Source: a plasmid | DNA length: 64,000 bases | Sequence record: NZ_CP072340.1 | Direction: 5' to 3' (one strand) | Shown here: positions 28,809-38,582 of the stretch, piece by piece | Numbering within the stretch: the stretch's first letter is position 1 | Layout of the letters: the number at the start of each line of letters is the position of its first letter | The notes under the pieces: generated by a model | Databases searched by the model: none | What the model saw: the letters and a program-made list of their open reading frames with translations, nothing else | Told to the model about the DNA's origin: nothing | Program-made: the position numbers and the translations under genes

Positions 28809-28901
28809 AATAATATGCTTTAATTAAAGAAAAGTGAAAAAGGTCAGAAGATACTCGTGCTACCTCCCGACCAATTCTGTTCCTCTTTGTTTCTGTCGGG
28901 A

Positions 28902-30047
28902 TTATCTCTCTCGTTGTTTTCCTTTCCTATTCTCAAACTCAAATGCAGTGGTACAGTCGTCCTGCAATACCAGTCGGGCATTGAACTTCTTACCAGCCTT
29001 GCTGGTCAAGCCATTGAGGACGGGCGTCCGACCTGTGGTTATCAAATCTCGGATATTGCCCTCTGTAAGAAGCGTTCCACAGACCTCACGAAATATATGA
29101 AAGTCGCAGCCCTCGTGTCTGCATTTGGCGACTTTGGTATAAATGCCCACACTTTCGTTACCACATTTAGGGCAGTGGTAGGTGGGATAAGACTTCTGCA
29201 CCTGTGGAGCAAGGGCAAGGAGTTCCTCGCAGATAGTGCCGACGTATGAGTTGATGCCTTGCGCGAACTTCTCCGCCGGCATTTGTCTCGCCTCGATAGC
29301 GGCAAGAGCCAGTTCCCAACTGCCAGTCATCTCCGCATTGGCAATCTTCTTGTCCTTGACAATCTCATAGACTGACAAGCCTTTTTCGGTAGGTATGATA
29401 GCTTTCTTATTCCTACGGATATAGTCACGGAGAATAAGCGTTTCGATAATGTTGGCACGGGTTGCAGGTGTGCCGATACCGCACTCTGCCATCGCCTTCT
29501 TGCTTTCAGCATCTTCGACATCTTTCCCAGCGTTCTCCATTGCAGAGAGCAGAGTTGCTTCTGTGTAGAGTGGTTTCGGCTTGGTCTTATGCTCGGTAAT
29601 CTCTGCATTGAGAAGTGACAGGACTTCACCTTCCGTTAAGCTGGGCAGGGCGGATAAGGTCTGTTCCTCGTTTTCCTTTCCATTTTCATTTTGAGTGTCA
29701 GCGCCTTGCTGCACGTCTTTCCAACCCAAAGAGATTTGTCGGCACGCCTTCCAAGTAAAGGTATTGGTGCCGTCCGTGAACTTCACCTGCATACGTTCTT
29801 CCTCTGAGTCGGGAGAGAAAGCCTCTAAAAAGCGAGTTACTATCATTTGATAGATGGTCGCCTCGTCCACCGACAAGCCCGAAGGGGTTTCTCCTGTGGG
29901 GATAATAGCGTGGTGGTCGGTAACTTTTGCATTGTCCACAGAATGGCGGTTAAGCGGATTGGATAGCGCCTTGTCTATCTTGCGAAGCAGGACGGGTACT
30001 TCCTCAAAGACATCCTCACTGATGTATCGGCTGCCTGTACGGGGATA
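28902..30047 (-). pseudogene. topB: 3' portion of the DNA topoisomerase III gene (resumes at ...YPRTGSRYISEDV; C-terminal Zn-ribbon CPKCG...C..C), separated from its 5' part by element B
   Basis: My own translation upstream of the listed ORF (28902..29939) continues in frame to the junction: I-N-Y-P-R-T-G-S-R-Y-I-S-E-D... This matches the topo IA active-site block that the 5' fragment (45137..46096) lacks. Confidence 0.85.
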
Positions 30048-30346
30048 GTTTATAGAATAAAGACAATGAAAGAAGAAAGGACAAACAAAAACGAAATCTG
30101 CTGAATAATAGCAATTTATGCACTTTATTGCTTTTTATGGAATGGCAAGGATAGGCGAAAAACGGCAGGAGTTCCGTTACCAAATCGTAACCCAACAGGG
30201 AAAAAGCAAAAATGGGTTACGAATCGAAGCTAAACAACTGTGTCATAGGTTTTTATTCCTCATCTTTCATTTTTTTGCATCGCTCTGGAGCACTTGAATG
30301 TATGTACCTTTGCATGCAAAGGAAATTTAGAAAAAACGACAGAGAA

Positions 30347-31567
30347 ATGAAAGAAAACAAACTGAAAGTGTCGTTCTTCGTTCAAGCAGGACGAGCGGAC
30401 AAAAAAGGCATGGTGCCGCTTATCGGACGGATAGAACTAGGCAGGAGGCATTCCGCCTTTTCCGCCAAAAAGAAAATCCCATTGTCTCTTTGGGACAGCA
30501 GGAAGCAACGTCTTCTCGGCAAGAGTGCCATCGCAAATTCAATCAACCGGTATTTGAATGAATGCACCGCACTCGTTCACGCTCGTTATCGGGAACTCTG
30601 CGAAAGGGGAGAGACATTCTCGGCTGCGGACGTGCGCAATGCCTATCAGGGACAGCTTTGTCAAAATGCAATGCTTTTAGAGTGTTATGCTGAATACCTC
30701 AGACAGATTGAGGAAAGAGTGGGCATAGACCGGGCTATGAAAACTTTGGAGCTGCGCACCTATCAGCAAACGCTTCTTCGGGAGTATGTGCGGAGGAAAT
30801 ACAAGTTAAGTGATATTCCGCTTATGGAGTTGGATATTTCCTTTATAGAAGGCTATGAATACTTTCTGACAATAGACAGGAAACTGAAGCGTGGCAGCAT
30901 ATGCAGTGCCTTGTCTGCCTTAAAGGCGGTCGTGAACAAGGCAGTCAAAAATGGCATGACAGACATGTATCCGTTCATTAGCTACAGTTACGAGAAACTG
31001 AAAGGAACACCGAGAAACATCACGCAGGACGACCTGCAAAAGATTATCGATCTGCCCATCAGATGGGAGAAATACCGTGTCGTCCGTGATTTGTTCGTGT
31101 TCTCCTGCTTCAGCGGTCTTGCAATTTCGGACATACGCAATCTCAAAGAGGAAAACATCATCCTTGAGGAAGGCAGGCTATGTATCAAAAACAAGCGTGT
31201 CAAGACCAAGACTCCTTTTCGCGTAGTGGTTCTCCCTCCTGCCAAGACCATTATGGAAAGATACAGGGGCATACGTGCAGGATATGTGTTTGACGTTCCC
31301 ACAAGAGACGTGGTTTACAATGCAATGCACTACATACAGAGAAGCATCGGTATGGAAGCTCCGCTGACCTTCCACATGGCCCGCCATACCTTTGCATCGG
31401 TCATCACCCTGTCGGCGGGTGTCCCGATAGAAACCGTAAGCGGTATGCTGGGGCATACCAATTTGAGAACGACACAAGTGTATGCAGCGGTCAATTCCGA
31501 AAGAATCAGACAGGATATGCAGAAGATTCAACTGCAGATAGAACACACATTCACCTTAAAATTATAG
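30347..31567 (+). CDS. Tyrosine recombinase / integrase (element B, first of tandem pair)
   Basis: Homolog of intA1; ...HMARHTFASVITLSAGVPIETVSGMLGHTNLRTTQVYAAV. Start at the conserved ATG (MKENKLKVSFF...). Confidence 0.9.
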   Translation: MKENKLKVSFFVQAGRADKKGMVPLIGRIELGRRHSAFSAKKKIPLSLWDSRKQRLLGKSAIANSINRYLNECTALVHARYRELCERGETFSAADVRNAYQGQLCQNAMLLECYAEYLRQIEERVGIDRAMKTLELRTYQQTLLREYVRRKYKLSDIPLMELDISFIEGYEYFLTIDRKLKRGSICSALSALKAVVNKAVKNGMTDMYPFISYSYEKLKGTPRNITQDDLQKIIDLPIRWEKYRVVRDLFVFSCFSGLAISDIRNLKEENIILEEGRLCIKNKRVKTKTPFRVVVLPPAKTIMERYRGIRAGYVFDVPTRDVVYNAMHYIQRSIGMEAPLTFHMARHTFASVITLSAGVPIETVSGMLGHTNLRTTQVYAAVNSERIRQDMQKIQLQIEHTFTLKL

Positions 31568-31570
31568 CTT

Positions 31571-32833
31571 ATGGCACGCAGCACATTCAGGACATTGTTC
31601 TACATTAACCGTTCCAAACTGAAGAAGAACGGCAAATGCCCGATAATGGGGCGAATCACCATAGACGGGCAGCAGGTACAATACAGCATGGGGCTGGAAA
31701 TCAATCCTGACAATTGGGACGCAAAGCATGGCAGATGCAAAGGCGACCTTGACGAAATGAAGAGCATCAACCGCATACTGACAGAAAAGGAAGGACAGAT
31801 GCAAGCCAAATACAATGAGCTGGTCTGGCAAAAGGGGTACGTGAGCGCAGAACTGCTCAAAAGCAGGCTGATGGAGGATTCACAAAGCAATGGCATGCTC
31901 ATAGAAGAGGCAGACCGTTTTATAGAGGAAAAACGCCCTTGTGCAGGAGTGACCATTGCACAATCCACTTTTCGCAACTACATCTATGACAGGCAACTCA
32001 TAGTGTCGTTTCTGCAGGATAAATTCGGGGTGTCGGATATTTGCTATTCACGGTTGGATTATGGCTTTATAGAGGAATTGGACTTCTACCTGAAAAGCAA
32101 GCGCGGACTGTCATCCGCCACCATTCAGATGACGGTTGTCTTCCTGAGAAAGCTCATAGGCATCGGGCAACGGAAAAAATACATCCGCCGAGACCCGTTT
32201 GTGGATTTCAAGGCGGAAAAGCCACACGGCACGAGAAGGTATCTTACAACGGAGGAGCTCAACCGCATTTTGCAAACGCCCATTATCAACAAGCAGTTCG
32301 AGCGGGCAAGGCAACTCTTCATTTTCTGTGCCTTCACGGGATTGGCTCGTGTGGATATGCTGCGACTGACCCCAAGGCATATCCACCATTATGATGACGG
32401 AACTTGTGAGATACGCATCAAAAGGCAAAAGACGGACGTGGAAGCCATCATTCCACTTCTGCCCATCGCAAAGGAGATACTTGATATTCATATAAAAGGG
32501 AAGCAACCCGATGAGTTGATATTTCCTACATTGAACGTCAGCAAGGCCTCTTTCGCCTGTATAAACATTGGTCAGATATGCCAGATAGAGAATGGCTTGA
32601 CTTTTCACATGGCTCGCCACACTTTCGCCACGACCATCTGCCTTTCCAACGGTATGGCAATGGAGACGCTCAGTAAGATGCTCGGACACAGCGACATTGG
32701 TACGACACAGATTTATGGAAAAATTACCGACCTGAAAATCAGAGAGGATATGAGCCGATTGCAGGAGCGTGAAAACAAGGCTTTTTCTGATTACACCGAA
32801 TCCATAGAACGACAAGTGGCATCAACATTTTAG
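31571..32833 (+). CDS. Tyrosine recombinase / integrase (element B, second of tandem pair)
   Basis: Homolog of intA2; ...HMARHTFATTICLSNGMAMETLSKMLGHSDIGTTQIYGKI. Confidence 0.9.
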   Translation: MARSTFRTLFYINRSKLKKNGKCPIMGRITIDGQQVQYSMGLEINPDNWDAKHGRCKGDLDEMKSINRILTEKEGQMQAKYNELVWQKGYVSAELLKSRLMEDSQSNGMLIEEADRFIEEKRPCAGVTIAQSTFRNYIYDRQLIVSFLQDKFGVSDICYSRLDYGFIEELDFYLKSKRGLSSATIQMTVVFLRKLIGIGQRKKYIRRDPFVDFKAEKPHGTRRYLTTEELNRILQTPIINKQFERARQLFIFCAFTGLARVDMLRLTPRHIHHYDDGTCEIRIKRQKTDVEAIIPLLPIAKEILDIHIKGKQPDELIFPTLNVSKASFACINIGQICQIENGLTFHMARHTFATTICLSNGMAMETLSKMLGHSDIGTTQIYGKITDLKIREDMSRLQERENKAFSDYTESIERQVASTF

Positions 32834-32854
32834 AAATCAACAAATACCTACAAA

Positions 32855-33325
32855 ATGAATACAGATAATAATACAAAGGAACTTTCCTACTTTCAGTTGA
32901 AATTAAGAAGTTATATGAGTGAACATCACCCCGAAAGGTTACAAGATACGGAGTTTATCACAGCACGGGCAGATATGGCTCTGACCACTTACTGCGATGC
33001 TGTGGCGCAGGGCTTCACGCACCCCGAGGCGGAGAGCATGGCAAGCGAGGTTTTGTACCAGGGCTTGCATCTCTCCAAGTACGATACGCTTGTATCTGTG
33101 TTGGAAAACGAATTTGAAAGGGAACTGCCTGCTCCGCTCCCAGAGAAGCTCGCACCCATATTGTTATCGAATGAGGCTGTTCAAGCCACATTCGACAAGT
33201 TCGGTTTGACGGACATATTTGCCGCAAGCGGACAATACGACCGCCTTTACACCGAACTAACAGGCACGATAGTGCTGCTCATTGAGAGCAATAATCTGCC
33301 GACAGTCGGTCAGACAGACAGATAA
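32855..33325 (+). CDS. Conserved hypothetical protein (DUF1896-like), homolog of 15505..15972
   Basis: 156 aa, collinear with the element A protein. Confidence 0.4.
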   Translation: MNTDNNTKELSYFQLKLRSYMSEHHPERLQDTEFITARADMALTTYCDAVAQGFTHPEAESMASEVLYQGLHLSKYDTLVSVLENEFERELPAPLPEKLAPILLSNEAVQATFDKFGLTDIFAASGQYDRLYTELTGTIVLLIESNNLPTVGQTDR

Positions 33326-33426
33326 AACGTATGTCTGCATCTTATAAACAGCCTCATGCAAAGCCCTGAAACCGTAATCGGTCGGGCAAAGGTATGACGG
33401 TAGCCTTTACTTACTTGCAAGGTCGA

Positions 33427-33470
33427 GTCCTGCGGATGGAGCGAAAAATCTCCACCGCAGGGCTTTTCTC
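33427..33470 (+). terminator. Rho-independent terminator (gtcctgcggatggagcg...tctccaccgcagggc followed by ttttctc)
   Basis: Homologous to the element A terminator. Confidence 0.65.
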
Positions 33471-33674
33471 TGCACTTTGATACAGTCATACTTGCAAAAA
33501 CTAATCTTTTGTGCGGTCGTATTTTTCGCTCCAACCTTGCAAAAGTAGGCTAACCTCCAAAGGAAAATGCCCGAACGAATACGGCATACTCAGGCTCTTT
33601 GGACGCAAGCGATAAAACAAATATTCTACCTGTCAACCGCACGGACGATTGGTCAATCTCTCTGTAGTTCGGTA

Positions 33675-33775
33675 GAGAACTCTCACTTTCGTTCAATATA
33701 TCTATCGTTCGGACAATCTATTTCTCGAACAATAGAACGTTCGATATGTCGAATAATCGAATGTTCGAGAGTTAG
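33675..33775. repeat. 16-bp-phased TCG-core repeat array (tatcgttcggacaatc / tatttctcgaacaata / gaacgttcgatatgtc / gaataatcgaatgttc)
   Basis: Read directly from the sequence; positional equivalent of the element A iteron array. Confidence 0.4.
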
Positions 33776-34017
33776 TTGCTTACATTTTCGCTGAAATGGA
33801 ACGAACCGACACCTCATCTCATTACCGCAATCATTTATATCTCCCCATTGTTTTTGTCTTTTACACATCACGTTTTCCTTTGCCTTCCCTCTGTTTCCCT
33901 GCTTTTCTCTGTCCCTTTTTTCTATGCCGTCATAGGCTTACCTTTGCACACGATAATAACGGCAACAGACTGTATATGAGTTTGTTTGCTAAGTAATAAC
34001 AACGTAATCAAAACAAA

Positions 34018-34296
34018 ATGAATGCAATGAAACTTATCATTATTGACCGCAAGGCATGGGAGCGACACTGTTCCGACTTTACAGATCTTATCCACCGTAT
34101 CGAACAGCTTATCGGCAATCCGCCTGAAGCGGACGAATGGCTCGACAATGAAGCCGTATGTCGCAGGCTCGGCATCAGCAAGCGCACCCTGCAATCCTAT
34201 CGGGACACAGGCAAGATCCCTTTCTCTATCATTGGGCATAAATGCTATTATAAGGAAAGCGACATCACAGAGTTACTGAACTCAAACACTAAATAA
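34018..34296 (+). CDS. HTH_17 / excisionase-family small DNA-binding protein (Xis-like)
   Basis: Homolog of 16652..16921. Confidence 0.6.
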   Translation: MNAMKLIIIDRKAWERHCSDFTDLIHRIEQLIGNPPEADEWLDNEAVCRRLGISKRTLQSYRDTGKIPFSIIGHKCYYKESDITELLNSNTK

Positions 34297-34299
34297 ATT

Positions 34300-34614
34300 A
34301 TGGCAGAGAACGAAATCATTACACAGCAAGACCCTCAGATGCAGATGTTTGCACAGTTAATGGAGGGCATATTGAAGAAATTGGAGCGTTATTGCTCTAC
34401 AGCCCGTCCGATGTTAGGCGGAGAGGTTTACCTCACAGGAGAGGAGGTTTGCAAGCAGTTACGGCTGAGTCCCCGAACCCTTCAGGACTATCGGGACAAC
34501 GGTACGATTGCCTACTGCAAAATCGGAGGGAAGATACTCTACAGGCAGAGCGATATACAGGCTATGCTTGAAAGACATTATAACCCGATATCCAAGAAGC
34601 CATGGCAAGTGTAA
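34300..34614 (+). CDS. HTH_17 / excisionase-family small DNA-binding protein (Xis-like, second copy)
   Basis: Homolog of 16925..17239. Confidence 0.6.
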   Translation: MAENEIITQQDPQMQMFAQLMEGILKKLERYCSTARPMLGGEVYLTGEEVCKQLRLSPRTLQDYRDNGTIAYCKIGGKILYRQSDIQAMLERHYNPISKKPWQV

Positions 34615-34619
34615 AGGAG

Positions 34620-34712
34620 CAGAGAGTGAACGTTTCGGGATATGTGGAGCAGGTGCTTCGGGAACACCTTGGCCAATACAAAGATGATGTGGAAAGATGG
34701 CGGAAACTCTGA
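34620..34712 (+). pseudogene. Deletion remnant (last approx 30 codons) of the DUF3408-like gene that is present in element A
   Basis: gtttcgggatatgtggagcaggtgcttcgggaacacc...gatgatgtggaaagatggcggaaactctga aligns with the 3' end of 17227..17733. The upstream approx 400 bp are absent. Confidence 0.5.
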
Positions 34713-34808
34713 AGTACTGAATTCTTCGAATGCAAGCCTGCGCAGAGTTACCACATTCACAGAATGCAGTAACACAGCAGGGGCTTATCAATCTCTTTCT
34801 TGCTACAG

Positions 34809-34905
34809 CAGCAAGGTGTGTCTTTGTCCGACAAATTGCCATTTGTATCACAAATACCCTTGCCCCGAAGGGGGATTAAATCACTCCAAAGTCGTGATTA
34901 GATAG
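34809..34905. other. Putative oriT of element B
   Basis: gcaaggtgtgtctttgtccgacaaattgccatttgtatcacaaatacccttgccccgaagggggattaaatcactccaaagtcgtgattagat; homologous to the element A and CTn oriT-like blocks. Confidence 0.5.
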
Positions 34906-34925
34906 CAAACAAAACAACTAAGATT

Positions 34926-35354
34926 ATGCCCAAATTAGAAATAGCCAATAACAACCGTTACGGACACCGAAATACCGTAGAAGTGCCACGCTGGGACAGA
35001 TGGGACACCCGTATGCCCGATGTAAAAGACCAGTTGCGTGCCATTGACCTGTACAACAAGTCGGGTGCGGTGAGCAAGTCCGATTTTGTTCGCGCCCGAA
35101 TACTCGGAGAGAGTTTCAAGGTGATAACAGTAGATAGGTCCGTCGTGGAGTACCACCGCAAGCTCTCTGAACTTACAGTCCAAGTACATAAGATAGGCAC
35201 AAACTACAATCAGGTCGTACGCTTAATGCACCTTTATACGGCAGAGAAAAGCATACAGGCATTGTTGCGGGAGCTTATTGGTTTGACAAAAGAACTCACT
35301 GCCTTGCAAGAGAAAGCAGTGAGTTTAACCATTGACTATCGGGAGAGATTATGA
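34926..35354 (+). CDS. MobA-like relaxosome accessory protein
   Basis: Homolog of 17944..18369 and of the CTn mobA at 55914..56333. Confidence 0.6.
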   Translation: MPKLEIANNNRYGHRNTVEVPRWDRWDTRMPDVKDQLRAIDLYNKSGAVSKSDFVRARILGESFKVITVDRSVVEYHRKLSELTVQVHKIGTNYNQVVRLMHLYTAEKSIQALLRELIGLTKELTALQEKAVSLTIDYRERL

Positions 35355-35542
35355 AAGTATTAACATTACGCTCTTTAGAGCCAGGTATTTTGTGATTGAA
35401 ACAGAAAGCCATATTGTGGTATGACTTTCTGTTTATTGCTACTACAATATGTCATAGGGGGAGACCTTTGCCATGATTTCTAAGCCATATACATAACTTT
35501 GTTCGTCTGTTGTCAGAGATTTAGTTTCATAACAAGCAAGAA

Positions 35543-37066
35543 CTATCTTCTCGGAGTGTTCACTAGTGTTTTATATGCATCAATCAGCCCGTATCCGAAA
35601 TCGTTATTCCAAGAACCATTCTTTTTAATCACAGAATAATCGACTGTTATTTTTTTCGTGTTCTTTTCAATAAGATCGTTCACTTCCGTAACTCGCAGAG
35701 ACGGATTCCTTTCCAATATCAAGGCTGCTAATCCTGCCACATGGGGACATGCCATGGAAGTTCCATCCATTTCTCCGGTCATGTTGTTGGGCATGGTCGA
35801 CAAGATGTCGCTTCCCGGAGCCACAACGTCCAGTTTTTCCCCAACATTTGAGTATGGAGCCAAACTGCCTGTCTTCTCTATCGCACCAACAGCGATAATG
35901 GTGTCGTTGCAGTTTGCGGGATAACTGACAGGACGTCTCCAGTCATTTCCGGCTGCAAACACGATGACACAGCCTTTTCCTTCTCTGCCATACTTGAAGG
36001 CATTGTATATCGCCTGGTTAATGGCGGCGTGTTGTGTGGAAGAACCCCAAGAGTTGGAGATGACATCCACTCCGTTTCTCCATGCCCAATTGATGCCGTC
36101 AGCCCTTCTTATGCGACTGTTGGTGGTACCGTGTAAAGAGTTGCTGATGGAAACAAGTTTCGCGTCCGGGGCGACACCTGCCACATGTATGCCATTGTTC
36201 CTTACTGCCGCGGCAATCCCTGCACAATGTGTGGCATGATCACCATACAATATGCTTGGGGAGGTGTTGGTTTCCGTGTCATAACTCAAGCTTGAGACAT
36301 TTTCTACGAGATCAATATGGTCCATGTCAATTCCCTGATCCAACACGCCTATCTTGATATTTCGTCCGGTGGCATAATTCCATGCGGCGCACGCTGAAAT
36401 ATCCATATCCGCGTAGTTGGAATTATACAGCCCCCATTGACTTCCGACCAACGGGTCATAGGAACAATACAGGTCATTTGAAGAGAAATCCGCGACGGAT
36501 GATGCGAACAGCCCCGTCTCATACAATTCATTTGCCACCTCCAGGGATGTTTTTCCCGTGTTGGGTGTTATGGAAAGAATATACCACCGTGGCATGAATT
36601 TGTCCTGTTCCGTAATGACAAGGTTGTATTCCATCGCTTTTTCCCGCAACAAAGAATAGTCTGATTCTTTCTTCAATTCCACATTGAGATAATTGGTCAA
36701 AACCAATTCATCCCCGTACTCGTTCTTATAGCATGGAAGTACCATGGCATTGTCTGCCTCTGCCGCTTCTTTCATGGTCTTCAACAGCGATGGCGGACCT
36801 TCATTTCCCCTGCCAGCTTCATATACGGTTATGTCGTATATGTTGTCTTTAATGGTTTGGGAGACTTTAAACCCTGAAGATTCTTTTGCAGGTTGGAAAC
36901 TTGCCCCCTTTTTATTACCTTTTTTATCCTTTACTACGCAGACTTTTCGCGCATTTTCCGCAATGTAAATTTTATTGCCATTGAAGTAATAATATGCCGA
37001 TTGGGAAATGGCTTCTGAGGCAGTGATTGACACCAGTGCCATGAATAATAAAATCCTTTTCATCAT
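35543..37066 (-). CDS. Secreted S8-family subtilisin-like serine peptidase
   Basis: Asp block GVLDQGIDMDH, His block GDHATHCAGIAAAV, Ser block GTSMACPHVAGLAALI; N-terminal signal peptide. Confidence 0.9.
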   Translation of the reverse strand: MMKRILLFMALVSITASEAISQSAYYYFNGNKIYIAENARKVCVVKDKKGNKKGASFQPAKESSGFKVSQTIKDNIYDITVYEAGRGNEGPPSLLKTMKEAAEADNAMVLPCYKNEYGDELVLTNYLNVELKKESDYSLLREKAMEYNLVITEQDKFMPRWYILSITPNTGKTSLEVANELYETGLFASSVADFSSNDLYCSYDPLVGSQWGLYNSNYADMDISACAAWNYATGRNIKIGVLDQGIDMDHIDLVENVSSLSYDTETNTSPSILYGDHATHCAGIAAAVRNNGIHVAGVAPDAKLVSISNSLHGTTNSRIRRADGINWAWRNGVDVISNSWGSSTQHAAINQAIYNAFKYGREGKGCVIVFAAGNDWRRPVSYPANCNDTIIAVGAIEKTGSLAPYSNVGEKLDVVAPGSDILSTMPNNMTGEMDGTSMACPHVAGLAALILERNPSLRVTEVNDLIEKNTKKITVDYSVIKKNGSWNNDFGYGLIDAYKTLVNTPRR

Positions 37067-37211
37067 ATTCTAAATTTAAGAATTAAGACTGTCTGTTATA
37101 TAAAAATCCTCCGTATTTATATTCTGCCCATGCAAACAAGCTGTGATCCTGACGGAACTAAGGCATGCCGCATGGACAGAATGTCAACTGTCTGTTACAG
37201 GCGTACTACCG

Positions 37212-38501
37212 TCAAATGACGACTTTATATGATTTCCCGTCAATGGAAACAACATAAATACCGTTTGACGTCAGGTTCAAAACGAAATTCCGTGAAGTAA
37301 CAATATGGTCGGTAACTTTCTTTCCGTCCGTTGAATAAATACATACCGTCGCGCCTATCGGTGCATCTATTATCGTTATTTTTCTGTCTGACGCTTTGAT
37401 TTCCATCTTGCCGTTAGACACACCGCCGAGTCCTGTGCCGATGTTCACATCGAAACTGTTCTTGGCATTTACCGACACATTGCCGTCAGCTGAGATTACC
37501 GTACCCTCGGGGATCACGATACTGCAGCCTTTTTCGGGGACTCTCAACCCACTGAAATCACAGGAAACAATCCATCGGCCCCACCTGCCATCCTCATCTT
37601 CGGACAGCGTGGGCGTGACCTCCTTGATCAGTTTGTTGTCGGTGTCGAACAATTGAATTTTGGGGTCTGACGAAAGCATGACGGCCTGCCTGTAGTAAAA
37701 GCGCACCTCGCCGAGCACGTCAATGCCGTGATTGTCAAAGAGGCTACACCATACATAGGTTATCGGCTCTATCGGCTTTGTATATCCACCGATGAAATCC
37801 ACTCTCGTCTCTTCGTTGGTGATGTCCGTGCGAAATCTGGGGCTCAGACTACCTTCTGGCATTACGAGAGAATAGTGGACGCCTTTCTCAAAATTCATCT
37901 TCATCCCGAAGTCGGCATACGCCTGCCCCAGGTTCCAGTCCCAGCCCACATGCGCATCGAATGTCCTTACGGGCACTCCCTCGCGGTACAGGGTCATGGT
38001 GGGGCTGCCCACAGGCTCAGTCTCGGTCCCATAGTAGAACCAGATATGCTCTTCGGTTTCTACCGAAGAACCGTTTTCCACCGAGCACTCAGTACTTATG
38101 ATCTTTTCGGGGACTTCAAAATCAAATTTCAGGTCTCCATTTTTTACGTCGGGCGCGCTCTTCAGGAAGATTGCCCCCGCCGGAATTTCCAACTTGTAGG
38201 ACTTGCCCTTGGGAAGGACAAGTTTTTCAAAGGTAACAAGTGCGATGCCTTTCTCCATATAAGTATCGGAGGTAATCACACCGGTTGCCATTGTCTTGTC
38301 TCCGCAGGTTATGGTCGCCTTGGCGTCTTTGGATATGTCAACATGAGCCGTAAATTCCATGTGAACCTGATTTATAGGCTCATAGACAAGCTTATTCTCA
38401 ATGCTGCACTCCTGAGGTACTAAGGTTGCAACCTCGTTGGCGTAAGCGGATATTGCGGACATGCAGAGCCCGACAATACCGAGGAATAAATGCTTTTTCA
38501 T
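37212..38501 (-). CDS. Secreted protein with candidate T9SS C-terminal sorting domain (function unknown)
   Basis: Signal peptide MKKHLFLGIVGLCMSAISAYA (start moved to the internal ATG at 38501). C-terminus ...SNGIYVVSIDGKSYKVVI is T9SS-CTD-like. Confidence 0.45.
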   Translation of the reverse strand: MKKHLFLGIVGLCMSAISAYANEVATLVPQECSIENKLVYEPINQVHMEFTAHVDISKDAKATITCGDKTMATGVITSDTYMEKGIALVTFEKLVLPKGKSYKLEIPAGAIFLKSAPDVKNGDLKFDFEVPEKIISTECSVENGSSVETEEHIWFYYGTETEPVGSPTMTLYREGVPVRTFDAHVGWDWNLGQAYADFGMKMNFEKGVHYSLVMPEGSLSPRFRTDITNEETRVDFIGGYTKPIEPITYVWCSLFDNHGIDVLGEVRFYYRQAVMLSSDPKIQLFDTDNKLIKEVTPTLSEDEDGRWGRWIVSCDFSGLRVPEKGCSIVIPEGTVISADGNVSVNAKNSFDVNIGTGLGGVSNGKMEIKASDRKITIIDAPIGATVCIYSTDGKKVTDHIVTSRNFVLNLTSNGIYVVSIDGKSYKVVI

Positions 38502-38582
38502 ATTAAGCTCCTTTCTTTGAATTAATTTATTAATATTAAGGTCTGAACTACCGTATGGGGAAGTCTGCAAAAGACCGTAAAA

